Source: Octopus sinensis (lineage: Eukaryota). From it: a stretch of 64,000 nt of DNA. The stretch is from positions 88,784,001-88,848,000 of the forward strand of contig NC_042999.1 of assembly GCF_006345805.1 (NCBI RefSeq). The letters are read 5' to 3'. The translations under genes and the position numbers were made by a program. Position 1 is the first letter of the stretch, and each line of letters opens with the position of its first letter. Shown here piece by piece: positions 27,025-42,659 of this stretch. The notes beneath the pieces are model-generated. The model did no database searches. It saw only the letters and a program-made list of their open reading frames with translations, and was not told the origin of the DNA.

Positions 27025-28877
27025 TGTTGCTCAAATATCTATCCTTCTTCTATTTAGTTTGCATCTAAATCCATCCACTTAAAATAATATAGAAAAATAA
27101 ATTTGTGAAAGATGTGAAAAGGAAGAGAAATGAGAGAAGAAAAAAAGAACAATATATTCTTTTTTTTTTATTGAATGATTTATAACATTTTCCTTTTTCT
27201 AGTAAGTACAACAGTCAACTAGAGATAAGTTTTGGTCATATTCTGACTTCATCAATGAAGCATAGTTTTCTCTAGATTTGGTTTTGATAGTAACTAGTCA
27301 ATTGCTTCATCAACTAAACTACCCACTCAGTAAAATGACATAATTGGCCAAATGTGCCACACACATGTGAACTCTGAATGTTATTCACAGGTACAATCCA
27401 TCTAATCATCTTCTACATAGTTTTAGTCTACCTAATTTCACTTACAAGTCTCATGTCAATTCAAGTCTATGGTAAAATATCTATCTCTAAGATGCTAAGA
27501 TGCCATGCATTGTGAACAAATCTAAGACTTCATGCTTGCAAAGCAAACTAGTTAACCAGTGGTTAATAACCACTCACTTATATCTGCATCATTTCCAACA
27601 TAGTGATACAAGAAACACTAACTAAATGTTTAAGTGTATTGTGGTTACCAGAGAAATGAAAATAATATTAGTCCTTGACAAATAGTGTCTTTTGCAATCT
27701 AATGGTAACCATTCTATATAGCTGTAATTTGGTAGAATTATTAGAACATCAAACAAACTATGACTCATATTATCTGTTCCGGCTTTTTGCATCTTATGTT
27801 CAAATCCCACATCACAGCTTTGTTTAATGCAAACAAATGTAAGACCTAATATACAATTACCAAAATACACAGTTTTACTCCTCAAGAGAAAATGCCCAGA
27901 GAAAGCTATTGTGTGCCTATATTAACTACAAATCAACACACAACATAGTGAATACAGTGCACTCTTTCAAACGTGACCTGCATAGTCAACAGCTCACTCT
28001 GTTACTATCACCTGAAAAACACCACAATAATTGCAGAGTACATTTGAAAACCAAAAGGAAAATGAGAGGCAATCAGTATTACATTGGTAGTGTGGGATAT
28101 AGCATGCAAATTTATAAACAGGTTGACATATTTAAGTCCTTGTCTTAGAGAAAATTTCCACATCACTTTTCATCATATACCAATTCTAAAAAATTGCCAA
28201 CCAATTTTGGTATCTCAGCACATTCCCTAATTCTCCATCAAAAATTTTCAAATGAGGGATCCCTGTTGGTACCTGACCAACATAAGCAGTATCAATATTG
28301 ATTTAAATTGCTTATGCTAGTCATTAAAATTTTTTTGTGTATAATTACATTGGTCTGGAGGATGAGAATGTAACAATGGCTTTCAAAAGCCCTCTAAGAT
28401 GCCATTAATATCCCATTTAAACTGATTACTAGTTGACAACTGCATGAAAGACACATGCAGTGAAAGAACTCCAAAGGTCTGATGCTCTGGAAAAAGGGGA
28501 TTTAACATAGTAGCAAGTGGTAGGCCTGGAAAGCTGGACACAATATGAGTGATGAAAGAAGAAAGCCATCCAACTCTAATGAGAAGCCACTGTCATAGTT
28601 GTAGAAAAGGCAGCTCCAGTCAAACTGTCTAACCCATGACAGCATGGAAAGCAGACATTAAATGATGGTGATGAGGATGATTCTACTTCGAAGAATTTCA
28701 TTTCAGAGGCTTTTTTCTCAACCATACTGACCATGACTGTATTCTTACCTCCATTAGTAAAGAAGTTATGTGTCTCCAGTCAGCAGGTTTAATGAGTTGC
28801 CTATATTACTAAGAGCAATGATAAATGTGAAACCAAAACTAACTTTCTAACTGGCCATAACCAATGACTAAATAATA

Positions 28878-28957
<80 letters not shown>

Positions 28958-31480
28958 ATAGTGATGGACTGTGAGAATGAGGACTCAACATAGCATTTGG
29001 TGGATAAATATTATTTGGGGATGCGCAATATTATCAATGATTGCAATTAGCAAACATTCCACGTAGGTATGTTAGTATTCTATCTTCATTGTTTGATAAA
29101 GATTACATGAGACATAGCCTTATCCAAGATAGAAGTGGATTAGGAACATTTTTATGTAGAAAGCCTGAAAATTCCGAGTTTTTGCATGAACCTATTGGTA
29201 GCATTGCTAATCCACAAATTATATATACGATATAAATATATATATTATATCACACACACATGCACATGCACACACACATGCACATGCACACACACATGCA
29301 CACATACGTGCACACACACACACACAACCAGATATATAAGCATAGTGTCTTACACTATCACCCTTAATGCTTTGAGAGTTGAACTCAAATACTAAATGAA
29401 GCCAAATATGTAAACAAAACAATACATGTGTGTGCAAGTATCTGCATGTGTGCATACATATGTGTGTGTATGTTTGTGTGTATGTATGTGTTTATGTACA
29501 TATGAGTGGCTGTGCAGCTGCTCTGGTATGTTTGCATGGCTTCATTGTTGTGTCTGTGTGTATGCATCTTCCTGTCAGTTTTCAACCATTTGTTATTTAT
29601 TAACAATTCTCTTGTGTAACTGGTAGACCTCATTTCAGACCACTAACATGAAATGAAATTAGAAACACTTTTATTCACCAGGAATCAAACAAAATTCAAT
29701 TAAAATGTAAAACTGTCTTACATCAAATGTATCTTGCTGATTACTTGCCAAACAGACAATTAAAATATTTTGCATAAAATACTTTTAAGGAACCTCTCAA
29801 ATGAATATGCTCATCCAAATTGTATTTCATAACTACTTTTCATATCTATGTAATTATTTATGAAAATAATATCATATGAAGTAGATCAATAATTTTCTTA
29901 TCATTGTGATTGATGTAATATAAATCATAGATAATGGAATCTAAAACACAAAGACCACAATAATATTCCTCAAATACATATTTTATAATGTTGGTAGAGA
30001 GAATTCGTTTATTCTTACATATTATTAATTAATATCTAGATGTAATGCATTAGAAATTAAAACAATTTCAAGCTAAAGGTCAAATTAGGAAGCAACTTCC
30101 AAGCTAATCTCAGAGACCATATTTTTTATTCTTCCTACTTCTATTATTGAAATTTATGCAATGACCTTACCTAATGCCAATCTTTTCTTTGTCCTCAGAT
30201 GCAAATAAAAACCAATATTATGATTAAGTTTTATGGGATTTTTTCTCTCTTTTTAAACCAAGGCAAAAAGAAAATTTCTACAACCTTGAATCGTATATCT
30301 CCTTGAACATTAACTTCGGGGAGAAATTTGATTCTCTAGCCTCAGGGAAAAAAATAAATTGATAAGATATTTTTTTTGTTCATTTTGAGGGAATAATAAA
30401 GAATTATAAGTAAATCTAACCAAAAATAATGGAAGTTTCTGATAAATGTTATGACCAATCTAATGTGTAAATTTTCTCAAATTAAAAAAAATGGAATATT
30501 GAAGTTCGTTTCTGCAATTCAAAACAACTCACAAATATTCTATTATACTAACCTACCAAAATATACTCAAGTTCTTCAATATCGTTATTCCAAAGGAATT
30601 GGTAGAGTTATTTTGAGAAAGAAATAATCAAATTCCATTTCACACTTGTATGAATTTCAGGCAACCAATACTTATAGATCATGTCTGAAATCTGATGTTG
30701 CCTCCATGTCTGTGCAATTGATGTGTCAGTGAGGTAGCTATATATTACATCAAATACATATTTATATATAGATATGCTACAGAGAGCTACATCAGAATGT
30801 AACATGTTTCAGAATGTGATGACAATATTGAAATTGATGCCAACTGCTTGCTTCTGTAACTGTCTCCATGCTGCCTATAAATCAAAGCCACCTAAGTATC
30901 ATTTTAAACTTTTAAAGAAAGGTTGGAACTGTGAGAAATGTTACTTTGTTTTTACTTCCATGTAATAACTTGGTATTTAAAGCCAAATCGACACCACTCA
31001 TAATCACGTGATTGCAAGTAGTGATATTGACATCATCACTCACAATAAAAATCAATTATCAGTATATAATTGATTGTAATTATCACTAGTGTGAATAGCA
31101 ATAATATCAGCAGTAACAGCCTTATCATTACCAATAATATCTATGTTATTAATATCAGTAATATTGATTTATTTTGACTCAATGCCAATTTTTGTAGGAG
31201 AGAAAGGTATAATTGATTAAAATGACCTCAGGATATTGTATTAACCCTGGAAGAATGAAAAACTTGGGAAATATTGGCAGAATTTGAACTTAGAATATAG
31301 AAGTATGAAACTAAATATATATTTAGTCTGGCAATCCACTCATTAAGCTGCTTTTGGCATATTTTGATAAAAGTAATATTAACATTTCCATCATTTTCCA
31401 CATTAATATAAGCCCTAATAATGTTAACAACTAATATCATATGAAAAGTATTGTTGTTGTTGTTGCTGCTATTGTTGTTG

Positions 31481-31549
<69 letters not shown>

Positions 31550-31559
31550 CATCATCATC

Positions 31560-32560
31560 ATTATTTGGTAGTTTTATTTTTATCATGTGCTTTCACTGCA
31601 CTGCCAAGTGCTACTCTGTGTGCTTTGGGTATGTGCTGTGGTTTGTTTTGGCATTGTTATTGTCACTGTATTGAAAGTGCTTTAAGTAGCAAGTGTGCCA
31701 TGCCTAGTAGTGCTATTTTCTGTGTGTTATATATATATTCATAAGTCCTGATGTTTTGGTTAGGCATTTGTCTGCATGTTTTTTAATCATACCTAATGCA
31801 CTTATTATTATAGGGATTATTTTTGTTTTTAGGCTTCATGTTTGGGTTATCTCTATCTCCAGATCTTTGTAATTCAAGAGTTTTGCCATTTCTTTTAGAG
31901 ATACATTGTCATCTGCTGGGATTAATACGTTGATTACAAGGCACTGTCAACTATATCCAGTTATTACCTGTGTATATTGGCATATCCCAGAGTATGGTTG
32001 CTTTGTCCTTTTCAGAGACTTTTTACGCCTATACCATCTTTTCTTTTATCATGCCATAGTGTTGGCAAAACTTCCAGTGTATACAGATCCCAACTCTGTC
32101 ATGTCTGTGGATATATTCCTTCTTAGCCAGAACTGGGCTGCCAGTGACAATATGATTTATTGTTTCTTCCCCATCACCATATATTCCGAAGTTACTTATA
32201 GTATTTTTCTTCATTATGTGTTTCTAGTGGTTTCTGTAGAGAAGCTTTGATCTTGTGCTGCAATTAAAAATCTTTCAGTCTCTAGTTTGAGTCATGAGTT
32301 TTTCAACCATTGTGAAGATTTTACTTTTTCTATTCCTTCACTGTTTAGCTTATCCCAGTATTTCCCATGTAAGGGCTTTTCTTGCTATCTTTTTATCATG
32401 GCATTTTGTTGTTCCAGTTTTAGTTTAGATTTCACTTGCTTTACAGCTTTTGCAATTTGCTCATTTTTTTCATAGTTGTCAGGTACTATGACCTCTTTCT
32501 TGTATTTTCCGGCTTCTTTAAAGACAGAAAACATTTTTCCTTTGCTCATTTTGTGGTTAT
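31560..32560 (-). mobile_element. R4/Dong-clade LINE 3' fragment
   Basis: LHGKYW..AAQDQ..ETINHIV.G.P.LAKKEYI.RHDRVG..IHW, then REL remnants; (TAA)n tail at 31484-31548. Confidence 0.85.
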
Positions 32561-32784
32561 TTGAACTAGTTTTCCTTGGTTCTGATCATCATTATGAAAA
32601 ATCTCAGCTTTATCTTACTGGACATGATGGAAAGTGTCAGTAGACTATGGTGATCCTTGTTTACTGATTGTGCTTCAATAACCCTGCAGAGAACTCTTGA
32701 AATTCTAAGCAATGAGGATTTTGTATGTGTTCTATCTTTACATTTGCTTCAATCTTTTTGAAGCCATGTTGATAGCTGGGTACT

Positions 32785-33750
32785 GATACTCCCAAGTGTA
32801 CCATTCACTATTGTTATCATGTTCCCTTTCTTCAGTGTCCACAACCTGTATATTTCCCACTTTTATTCATCAAAGTTCTTCACTTTTTCTTCTTCTTTCT
32901 CTTCACTCCTGTTGTCACCAGGACATGTTGTATCAATTATCAGGCATGTTTTTTACTTTTTTGTTCATTTCAACTATGTCAGATTTTTTATCTTTAACCT
33001 GTTAGTCAGACTCAATCATTGTATCCCACAGGATTTTGCAATCCTCATTCTCAGTAACTCCTTCTGAGATTTAGTCATACCACATCTTTGATCTTTCTAA
33101 GCCATAATTTCCACAAAGCTCCCAATGGGTCATTCTTGCCACACTGTCATGTTTCATTTTGTATTAATGTTGTGCCAATTTCGGGCATTCACTAACAATG
33201 TGCCATACTGTTTTACCCCTTTTAACACACATTCTGAATTTGTCACTCTCAGTTGTTTTATCAATTCTGCATTTCACATACTTTGTTCTCAATGCTTATT
33301 CTTGTTCCATACTTATGTAATTCTGTTTCTATCTTCAAGTCACTCCTCCACATCAATAACCACCAGAACTTCTGTATTTGTCTTTGCACTCATATCTCTT
33401 GCAAACTGACTGAACATTTTTTTCCTTTCCGATGTCATTTCTTTTTATACGTATGCTCTTTTCCTTGTTAAATTTCTCTTTCTCCAAACAATTATCAGTT
33501 TGATGATGCCTGATTTCACATGCATCAACAATGGTTCTACTGAATTTTTTGCATACCACCCTAAACTGTTTTCCTCTGATTCAACACAATCATGACAACC
33601 GGTTAAATCTCTGCCACACTTTCTTCTGGAAAAGTGCAACTAATCAGTGTCACTGTTGGGATGAAATACTCTATACAATATGAATAATTTCTGTTTCTTC
33701 TTATCCATACTCATCAGTTTATCCTTCTGCTAGTTTTATGATTCCATCAT
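32785..33750 (-). mobile_element. Second degenerate R4/Dong-like fragment
   Basis: FHPNSDTD.L..SRRKCGR.L..CVESEENSLGWY, and later HD..A..HWELC motifs. Confidence 0.7.
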
Positions 33751-35530
33751 GGAAGATTTCTTATATCTGCATATCTAAAATGCTGAATCTGTAGATTCAT
33801 TTAAACATTCATTAAGATATGCTGTGCCATAAGGTGATACTTGAAAATAAGTGACTGGGAGTATTTTAAAAATAATAACAGCTATAGCATGGGTATTTTC
33901 AATAGTTAGCATAAGGTATCCATCCATCTCAAGGCGAAAAAGTTAAATATTTATATCCTGCTATAAGCACTATAATGGACACCAGCTGAGATTTCTGAAT
34001 GCTTTAGGCCTAATTAATCAGGTAACAGAGTAATTCAGTAAAAGAACGGTGATTTGCAGTGATGAGTTGAAATCTTTTCATGGCATTTTTAATTAGGGTC
34101 TGATTTAGGCTAAAATATTTTAAATTAAAGAAAAAAAAAAAGATTCACTGATGAAGTTATGGCACCATCACTAGTAATATTACAAAGTAGTAGCAGAAAT
34201 ACCATCATTCTTGCCTTCAAGACTTATTTATGTTTGTATTCCGCTGTCTGAAAATGTTATATTTAAAACATTATTATTCATTCTTTGGCATTGTCATGGA
34301 GATACATTCCAACAATTCCCACCTTTTGGTTTAAGGTTAAATGCAATAATCAATCATTTTTGTGAAATGACATTTTTCTCCCTTCTGTTAGACATTTTTC
34401 TTTTTAATTCTAAAAACAACATTACCTTTTGGAATCTTTTTCAATTTCTTTTTTATACTTCTTTTAATTCTAAAGAAAACAGACCTAGTAATTTTTTTCT
34501 TTGCTTTGGTCTTAGTAAGACTTCATTAAAATGCAAACTTATATTTTAAGCAAATGGTAATGCTATGGATGCAACTTCTGAAGAAGTTTAACACGGTTCT
34601 AACTTTACTATATCAAAGATAATAAATAAATGAAATTTATATTATAATACGAGCTGTATTTCTCTGTCCATCCATTACAAACTAATCTCAGATTAAGATG
34701 ATATTCAATTTATTTAAAGTAAACGAAATAAATTTATTCACTGAATTCACATATACAATGTAAGGAAAAATAAGGTTTGTGTTTTATTTTCGATCAAAGT
34801 TTATTTTTCCAAACATACCACAAAAAAAAAATTACCATGACTATTTCACTTTCAAATACAACAATAGATGGTGTGATAAAAATGAAAAGATAAAGATGGA
34901 GAGACTAGAAGAAGAAAGAGAAAAGTAACAGAAATAGCAATAGATTTACTAAAACCCTCAGTAAAATAGTAAATTCTGCTGTAAGCCTATTTTCATTTAC
35001 TGAATGCTGTTCTTTCTACTACTTGAATCTACTTATTTTTGAGCTGAGTAAACTATTTACAAAAAAAGCTTTCAGTCAATAAAGCAGTCAATTCTGTTGT
35101 TTGTGAGGTAAATATATTATTTTCCACTTAAATATTTGTTGATATACAAAAATTATAAAATTTTAAAATGTCATTAAAACATTCATTATTGCGAATAAAA
35201 ATAATTCACTGAAACTTGTTAACCACATTGATTATGCATGAGGAAGTTTTGGCTCAGATATTTCATCTTATGTTGTGAACAAAATTATTATTTAAAAATT
35301 CTCATTGCCATTTATCATCTGTCACAAATATTACTAATATACACACGCACATATTCACAAATGGGATATTGTTTATGTAGTCATTCAGCTTGCTAGAAAT
35401 AGTGGCCACGACTTCATAAAATCAGCAAGGAAGACACATCTTAATGATAAAAACAGAATCTTGTCTAGGTTCTGTTTCAACCATTATGATGTTTCTTCAT
35501 TAAGATGACAGAAACTGAAAGAAGCCCGTC

Positions 35531-35564
<34 letters not shown>

Positions 35565-37319
35565 GTACATATGTATGTGTGTGTGTATCTATGTCTGTGT
35601 TTGTCCCCCATCACCACTTGGCAACTGGTGCTGGTGTGGCAAAAAGAGACCGATAGAATAGGTGCCAGGCTTAAAGAAAAAAATAAGTCCTGGGGCAAAT
35701 TTGTTCAACTAAAACCCTTCAAGATGATGCCCCAGCATGGCTGCAGACAAATAACTGAAACAAATAAAAGAAAAGAAAAAATGTCATCTACGTAGATGTA
35801 AATTTCATAAAATATATGTGCTGAATTTGCAGAAAATAAAATAGGTTTTGAAAATATATGTTTTTAGTTAAAAGAAGCTTATTTCTTAAGCCTTTGTTCA
35901 GAAAGGCAACCTACATTTCAATAATTCACCTAATTAAAAAGTATCTAATATAAAATCTTTTCTTCTGAAAATAAAAATAGAAGGAAAGCTAGTAAGTTTT
36001 TGATTCTTTTAAAACTCTTTGTAGTTGAACTGAATATATTAAAGATAGTATTTTAAATGAATAGACATTTTAAATTTAAAATGTTGCCATCTTCATATCT
36101 GCAATGCTATTAGTATCAAACTAGTAATGATAATTTGACCTTTAAAATATTATTTTTATTTGGTCATTTGTTTGTTTATTCATTTAATATCCACTTTTGC
36201 AGGGGTTGAACAGGGACTTATTTAAATCAGGATTTTATGGCCAGCTGCTCTTCCTGTCACCAACACTTAACTGTTATTCATGTAAATGATTTCACATTTT
36301 GTTTTATTCCTAAGATATTCGAAAGCATTGAGTAATATGTCAGTATTCATGCACATTTGTATGCACATACACACACATACATACACACACACATTAGTGT
36401 ACACACTCACATATATACATAGCCACACATACACTCACAATGTATGTGTGTGTGTGTGTGTGTGTAGGAAACTTGTCTCACACACATAAAAAACATCCAC
36501 TACTCTTGGTGTAGTTTGCGTTAGGAAGGGCATACCAAATCCAACTGGAACCTGGTACAGCTCTCCAGCTTACCTATTACAGTCAAGCCATGCCAGCATG
36601 GAAAGCAGATGCTAATTGATGATGATGATGATGATGATGAATTATCTGAACATAGAAAAAGGATTAGTTTGTATTCTTTGTTACTTATTAGTTCTTAGAT
36701 CTTTGCCATTTTGGTGTTCAAGCATTTAAATGCATAGCAACTGGCTGCCTTTCTTAAAGCTAACTTCTCAATTATGAAGGAAAAGTAGTTTCTAATTTCA
36801 ATTAAGTTAATGCTTTTTTATCAACTAAAATTGGTGGGAGTGTCTGAAATAGAGATCAGACAAGAAATGATAAAAAGAAAAAGACTGAATATTTTTTATT
36901 GACTTCTAATATTAATTTTTGGTTTATGTTTAATATTAATTCCATTTCAGTTTTTAAATATATTTTAGAATTTTATTTTCAAGTATGGAAACATCACACT
37001 TTTACCATTTTGAAATTTAATCATTAAAAGAAAACAAATCTGAAAGAACAGAATTTTTACTGAAATTTCTTTTTCTGTAGATATATGTAAATATTCTTTC
37101 TAATTTTTGGCACACAGCCAGTAATTTTGAGGGTGGGGGGAAGCAAATTACATCCACCCCAGTGCTCCACTGGTACTTACTTCATCAAAACTGAAAGAAT
37201 AAAGTTGAAGTCAATTTTAGCAGCATTTGAACTCAGTATGTAAAGCCTGAAGAAATGTTGCTAAGCATATTGTCCAGAGCACTAATGATTCTGCTAGCTT
37301 GTGGCCTTAGATACAAAGA

Positions 37320-37650
37320 TAAAGACTCCCTTCAGTCATGAACGACCATGGGATTGCACCTAGAAAGTTCCCTTCCAAGACACAAGTCCAGGCAAGGTTG
37401 TTTATGGAAGACCAGTAGTCACTCATGCATACCAGCCTCCCTCTCCATGCCATCAATGTTATTCAAGGGAAAGGCAAAGGCCAGTACAGCTCGGCAGCAG
37501 TAATGTCACAACTTATTTCTACAGTTGAGTGAACTGGAGCAATGTGAAATAAAGTGTCTTGCTCAAGAACACAACACACAGCACAGGAATCAAACTCACT
37601 ACCTTATGATTGTGAGCCAGATACTCTAACCACTCAGCCATGTACCTTCA
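37320..37650 (-). mobile_element. tRNA-derived CORE-type SINE with long 3' part
   Basis: Minus strand reads GGCTGAGTGGTTAGAGTATCTGGCTCAC (A-box), GAGTTTGATTCC (B-box) and GTGTTCTTGAGCAAGACACTTTA (CORE-like). Confidence 0.7.
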
Positions 37651-37849
37651 CTATATTTATATACCAGCAAACACACCTGTCCTTTGAATGGTTTAAGTTG
37701 CTTTAGTGGTATTTTTTCACCAAATAATTGAACTACCGAGAAGGTTTACAAGTAGCACGGCAATCTATATTTCTGATTAACCTAGGAATGGAAAATCAAA
37801 TTGAAGGCTGGTTATTGTAGAGGTCATTGCACTTTAATAATCATAGAAC

Positions 37850-38850
37850 ATATAAGTTTGCAAGCGATGCAAAATAGAGCTACTGAAGTGGTTGAAGAGC
37901 AGATTATGGATAATGACTGCAAAATATAGCTGTTTTACATGAAAGCGAAATTTCTTGTCAGAAACAGCCACATAAATGGTGTAAGGAAATTGAATGAAGA
38001 CATTGAAACTTCCCCTCTGTGAATTTATTTTTTTCAACAGCAAAGGGAGCTATTTTTTCAGAGAGATAAGCTAACAAAAGCCCCTTTATTCTATCCTCCC
38101 ACATAACCTGCACATTAACTAACAGGGAATGCTACATAAAGTTAAATTGGTATGGAACTTTTGCTAGTAGAAGCAAAACTCTTATTGAAAGGTCGATTCT
38201 TAGGAATGAATCATATGTGATTGTTTAAAAAAGCCCAGAACAACAATGCTAAAATATGTTTAGAACAATGGACAACAGTTGAAATATCATAATGGATAGG
38301 TAAATTAGCATCCTCAAAGGGAAATAACGCATTGGTGGGTAAACAAATGTATCAACAAATAGAAGAGAGTGAAGGGAACATCACCTTTAAAGTAACTCAG
38401 AATAGTAATGGTAAGCTTGCCAAAGTTTAATGCAGTTTAAATATGGAGATTAAGATTGTTTGGTATTGGATATTCATTGCGTACAGTGTTCCTAGTCAAT
38501 TTAATCAGTATGGTAGGTGGACAGTTGAAAGAAATAGACAAAATTCTTTTGCTTTTATAAAAAGATTTAAAAAGTATGAAAGACCCTACATACGAAAATA
38601 CTATGTCCATTTAGGTCCACTGATGCAGGAGCTCTGGGCAAGTTTCAACAAATGGAAAAGTGATATTCAGTAATATCATGGTGGGGTACTTATCACAAAG
38701 CATGGAAAGAAATGCAGACTTCTTTGATCATTCCATGCATCTCACATATGACTGCTGTTGCCTTGGCAATGCTTTGCTTCTGAATAAGGAGGTAACTGAT
38801 GAGAGAATGACGTTGAACATCCAGCACAACCCTCAATCATTATAATCAAT
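37850..38850 (+). mobile_element. Degenerate piggyBac-like transposase relic
   Basis: Fragments EEQIM (DEQMI-like), KQPHKWCK (KPHKWG.K-like) and FFDH..GNALLL (C-terminal ..NA.LL) in piggyBac order; many stops. Confidence 0.45.
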
Positions 38851-41064
38851 GTGCAACACAAGTTAACACTATAAAAGCTTTGTGAGAAAGCAAAGGAAGA
38901 TACCAAATAGCATATGATTTTGTAGTATCATTGTTTTATTATAGAAGTGTTGCCTACATTTTGCATGAGAATATCATGTGACTTAACTTGATAGTTACAT
39001 AATGAAGACAGTTTAACATGGCAGCCCTTTTCTGTGTCAAAAAGGTGTTCTTTAATGATATCTGAGGTGAGTAGGACAGAAAAAAAGAAGCAAGGAACAC
39101 CCAAAGATGAGAAAGAGAAAGCTGACTGCTATCAGTGAGCCAAGATCCAACAATCTTGTACAAAAACTGTTACCAAATATTTCAAATAAATCTGGGTTAT
39201 CAGTTATGTGTGAATCCATGTTTAAAGCAAGCAAAAAATAAAACAGGTATTTGAAGTGGGTAGGACAACTTCTACGATTGAAAACGACCACAAAACAAGA
39301 ATCTGTGCGACTTCAGTTTTACTTCATTATTCAGTTGATAAAGGCCAGCTGAAGTAAGGGGTTGTATGTAATTACTTTAATAAGCATTTTACTGTGGGAT
39401 TCTGTTAATAGTTTTGAACAAGCTTATCTGTCCAGGGAAATAGATACAATCTTCCTTGCAATAGTAATTTCTTCTAAATGATGACTTGAAAGATATGATA
39501 ATTTTTTAAGACTAAAGGGTGTTATTTAATAGAAATTGGATCACTATTTCTAGCAGGTCAAACAGCCTCTTATATGCTTCAGTGTTGATCTATTTGGTAA
39601 CGACCAGAAATGTAAGGTTGTTTCTGTACTCTTGTAAGTTAGTCAGTGAAATTATAATTTATTGTTGCTAACTTTACTGCTTTAATCATCATCCACTTTA
39701 GCACTACCTTCAAATGGCATTCAGTTACCTTTAGCAGAGCTCTCTCTCTCTGTTGCAAGCATTCAGGCCAGGTCTCAGGTTTAAGGATAACATTCTCTCT
39801 TCATCCACCAATCTAAGAGGCACTCAAAAAATCATGGATATTGTCCTTTTCCTTCAAATATTTTTTTAAAAATTGGGATCTTTTCAGTTTGAAGGCCAGA
39901 TTTTCTTAGTTAACTAAACAATTTGAAACTTCGTATATTGGTAGAATGTGTCAAAAGAAAACATAATTGTAAACCAAAATGAAAACGGAATTGTAATTTC
40001 TAAGTTTAACGTTGTTTAATAATTCGAATTTTAACCAATGATATTCTTTCTTTCGACCTCATATTATTTACTGCCTCTCAAAATATTGTTACTGTGACGT
40101 AAACAGCTATTTTGTGACGTACTTAACGTAAACATGTAAACAGACCTACAGATTCGTTTGTAACGTAAACATCCGCTCATCGTAAATAGCTAAATTCGCT
40201 TGGCATCGTACACAGCTTTTTCAGTTCCCTAGAATTATATTTCAAAGAAAATAAAAAGAAAAAGATTCATACGCATAAATATCCATCCTTAGACATCAGA
40301 AAATGAGTGTTTAAATTATTTTCCATTGTTTGCATTGCTTACACACACACACACATACATACATACATACACACATACTAAAATTACATCGTTGGAGCAG
40401 TAATTTATTTATGTATTTTTTGTTATACAATTTATTTTAAAGCTGAATCCCTATCCTGCCATTAACCCCTTTCTTATAAAATAGTTGAAGAATCTGGGGT
40501 GTAGGTATTGGGCCAGTATTGGAACTTTTAACTTCTTGCTCTCTATCTTATGATCTCCGAAATTTAAGAATCTTGTGTTAACTCGGCTCTTATTATTTAC
40601 TCTGACTCTGCCACCACCTCAATGCAAAGACTATCAATATCAGAATCATCTTCACAACCACCACTACAACCATTACTACAACCTCGAATGCCACCACCAC
40701 AACCATCTTCTGCAACCACAACCCCAAGATCAATACCAGCATCATATTCAAAATCACCAATTTCACCACCACTACACTCTGCAATGTCTTCAACTCTACC
40801 ATCCATGAGACATCCTAACATAATCAATGCTACTACTACTATCATCATCATTATCATCATCATCCACTGCCGCCACCACCACCACCACCACCTCTACAAA
40901 AACACCAACACTATAATTTCTGCCATCATACACATCCACTGTCACCACTACACCACCACTGCCATGATAACCACATCTACCACCTCCAACACCATTGCCA
41001 CCACTATCTATGAGACATCCTAAGTTAGAAACTACTTTCACTTTCTAGTTGCTCTTTGAGTTTA

Positions 41065-41462
41065 TCTTTATATATAAAAGAGAGGTTGTGTGTCTGTCTC
41101 CTACGATTTAGATTCCTAACTACTCCCACATTTTGCGGTGCAGTTTAACCAAAACCGGGTATCTTATAGTCGTGATTCATATCGAGCGCTTCTGGGTATT
41201 AGCGCGCGTCTACGATGAGTCTACGATTTTAAAAAAAATTACCATAATTTTTTTCCATTTTAATGCATTTTTTCGATATTATATAAGGGAAGTAACTCTC
41301 TAAAAATGTCTACGATGAGTCAACGATTTAAAAAAAAATTTACCATCATTTTTTTTCCATTTTTAATGCATTTGTTTTTGCTATTTTTGGCTATAACTCT
41401 CTAAAAATGCTTATATAGTTATTTCCCTTACAAACCCGAGCAACGCCGGGCGATACTGCTAG
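41065..41462 (+). mobile_element. Non-autonomous Helitron, 398 bp
   Basis: A|TC...CTAG|T with subterminal CCCGAGCAACGCCGGG; near-identical to 4887-5284 but retains CpGs. Confidence 0.92.
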
Positions 41463-42054
41463 TTATATCTAATCTATCTCTCTAAAAGATGCAAAGCAAG
41501 TAGCATTAAATGGTGAATGGATGTGAGCAGAAAGAGAGTAAGTTCCATTCCAGTTTACAACAATTATAGAATTATTCTCAAACCATAAATGAAGGGTGGA
41601 GAGGAGTGAAGGAGGAGTCATGTTTCCTCTGGGGGGTTACAGAAGTAATAAGCATTGAAAAGTGGAGTTTGCGTTATTATTTTTGTTTCATAGTTTACAA
41701 TTATTTCTACAAATTCATTTTGACTTATCTTCAATCATGTTTATAAACGTGACCGCTGTGCCGTCCACTATAAACATTGATTAATGTCCTATATTTAAGC
41801 GATAGACAAACACTTCAACATATTATTTTTTGTAGAGAGTTGCGAGGGATCATTTCTATGAACGGGGTATCTGTATAACGGATATGACTACATCATTAAT
41901 TGTGGAGTCGTTTAAAAACACGATGCAAGATTAAGTCAACATGGAATTTTTGAAACAATCATAAATTGTTCTATATTTTAGAGATGAGGAATTCTGTACA
42001 ATATTTACATTTTTTATATTGGACGGATATTTGTTCTCATCTTGTTTGTTGCTA

Positions 42055-42100
42055 CCACAAAATTTCGGCTGATTTACTCTCCAGCCTTCATCAGGTGTCC
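42055..42100 (-). ncRNA. Degenerate minimal hammerhead motif, Penelope-pLTR type
   Basis: CAC-CUGAUGA-A-GGCUG(loop 10)CAGCC-GAAA-UUUU-GUG; the stem III/cleavage segment looks mutated. Confidence 0.5.
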
Positions 42101-42576
42101 TGGTAGAATTTTGAATCCAACCCTAGGTTCCAAGGTGCCACGCAGTGTGAATGAACCCGAAACTATGTGGCTGGTATGGCCGGTCAGGGAGTCACGTTTG
42201 CTTTCGCGCCTTTTACGTTCTTAGCCGTGGGAGACGTCTATATTGCTAAGAGTATAAAAAGTGTGAAACCAATGGTAACGTCCTGACTGGTCGTAAACCA
42301 CAACTACATTAGATATTACTACGATATATCTAAAAAAAACATTTACTTGTCTCAGTCATTCGACATATTCTATCGGTTAATTTCGTCGAACTTCTAAGTT
42401 GCGGGGATGGAAAGGAAGTCAACAAGCGGTTGTCTGGGACAAGCACGAAGCTAGCCCCCTCCGGCCCACAAACACGTATATACGACGGGCTTTTTTCAGT
42501 TTCCATCGTCCAAATCTATTTGACCTAGTGACCAGGCAGCAAACTTCTTGTCACACAGTCACTCCTACGCCTATAT

Positions 42577-42659
<83 letters not shown>

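Noticed and set aside
27900-28030. Minus-strand acceptor TTTTTCAG at ~28012 as a coding exon
   Set aside because: All three frames hit stops within ~27 nt; at most a non-coding exon, and unsupported.
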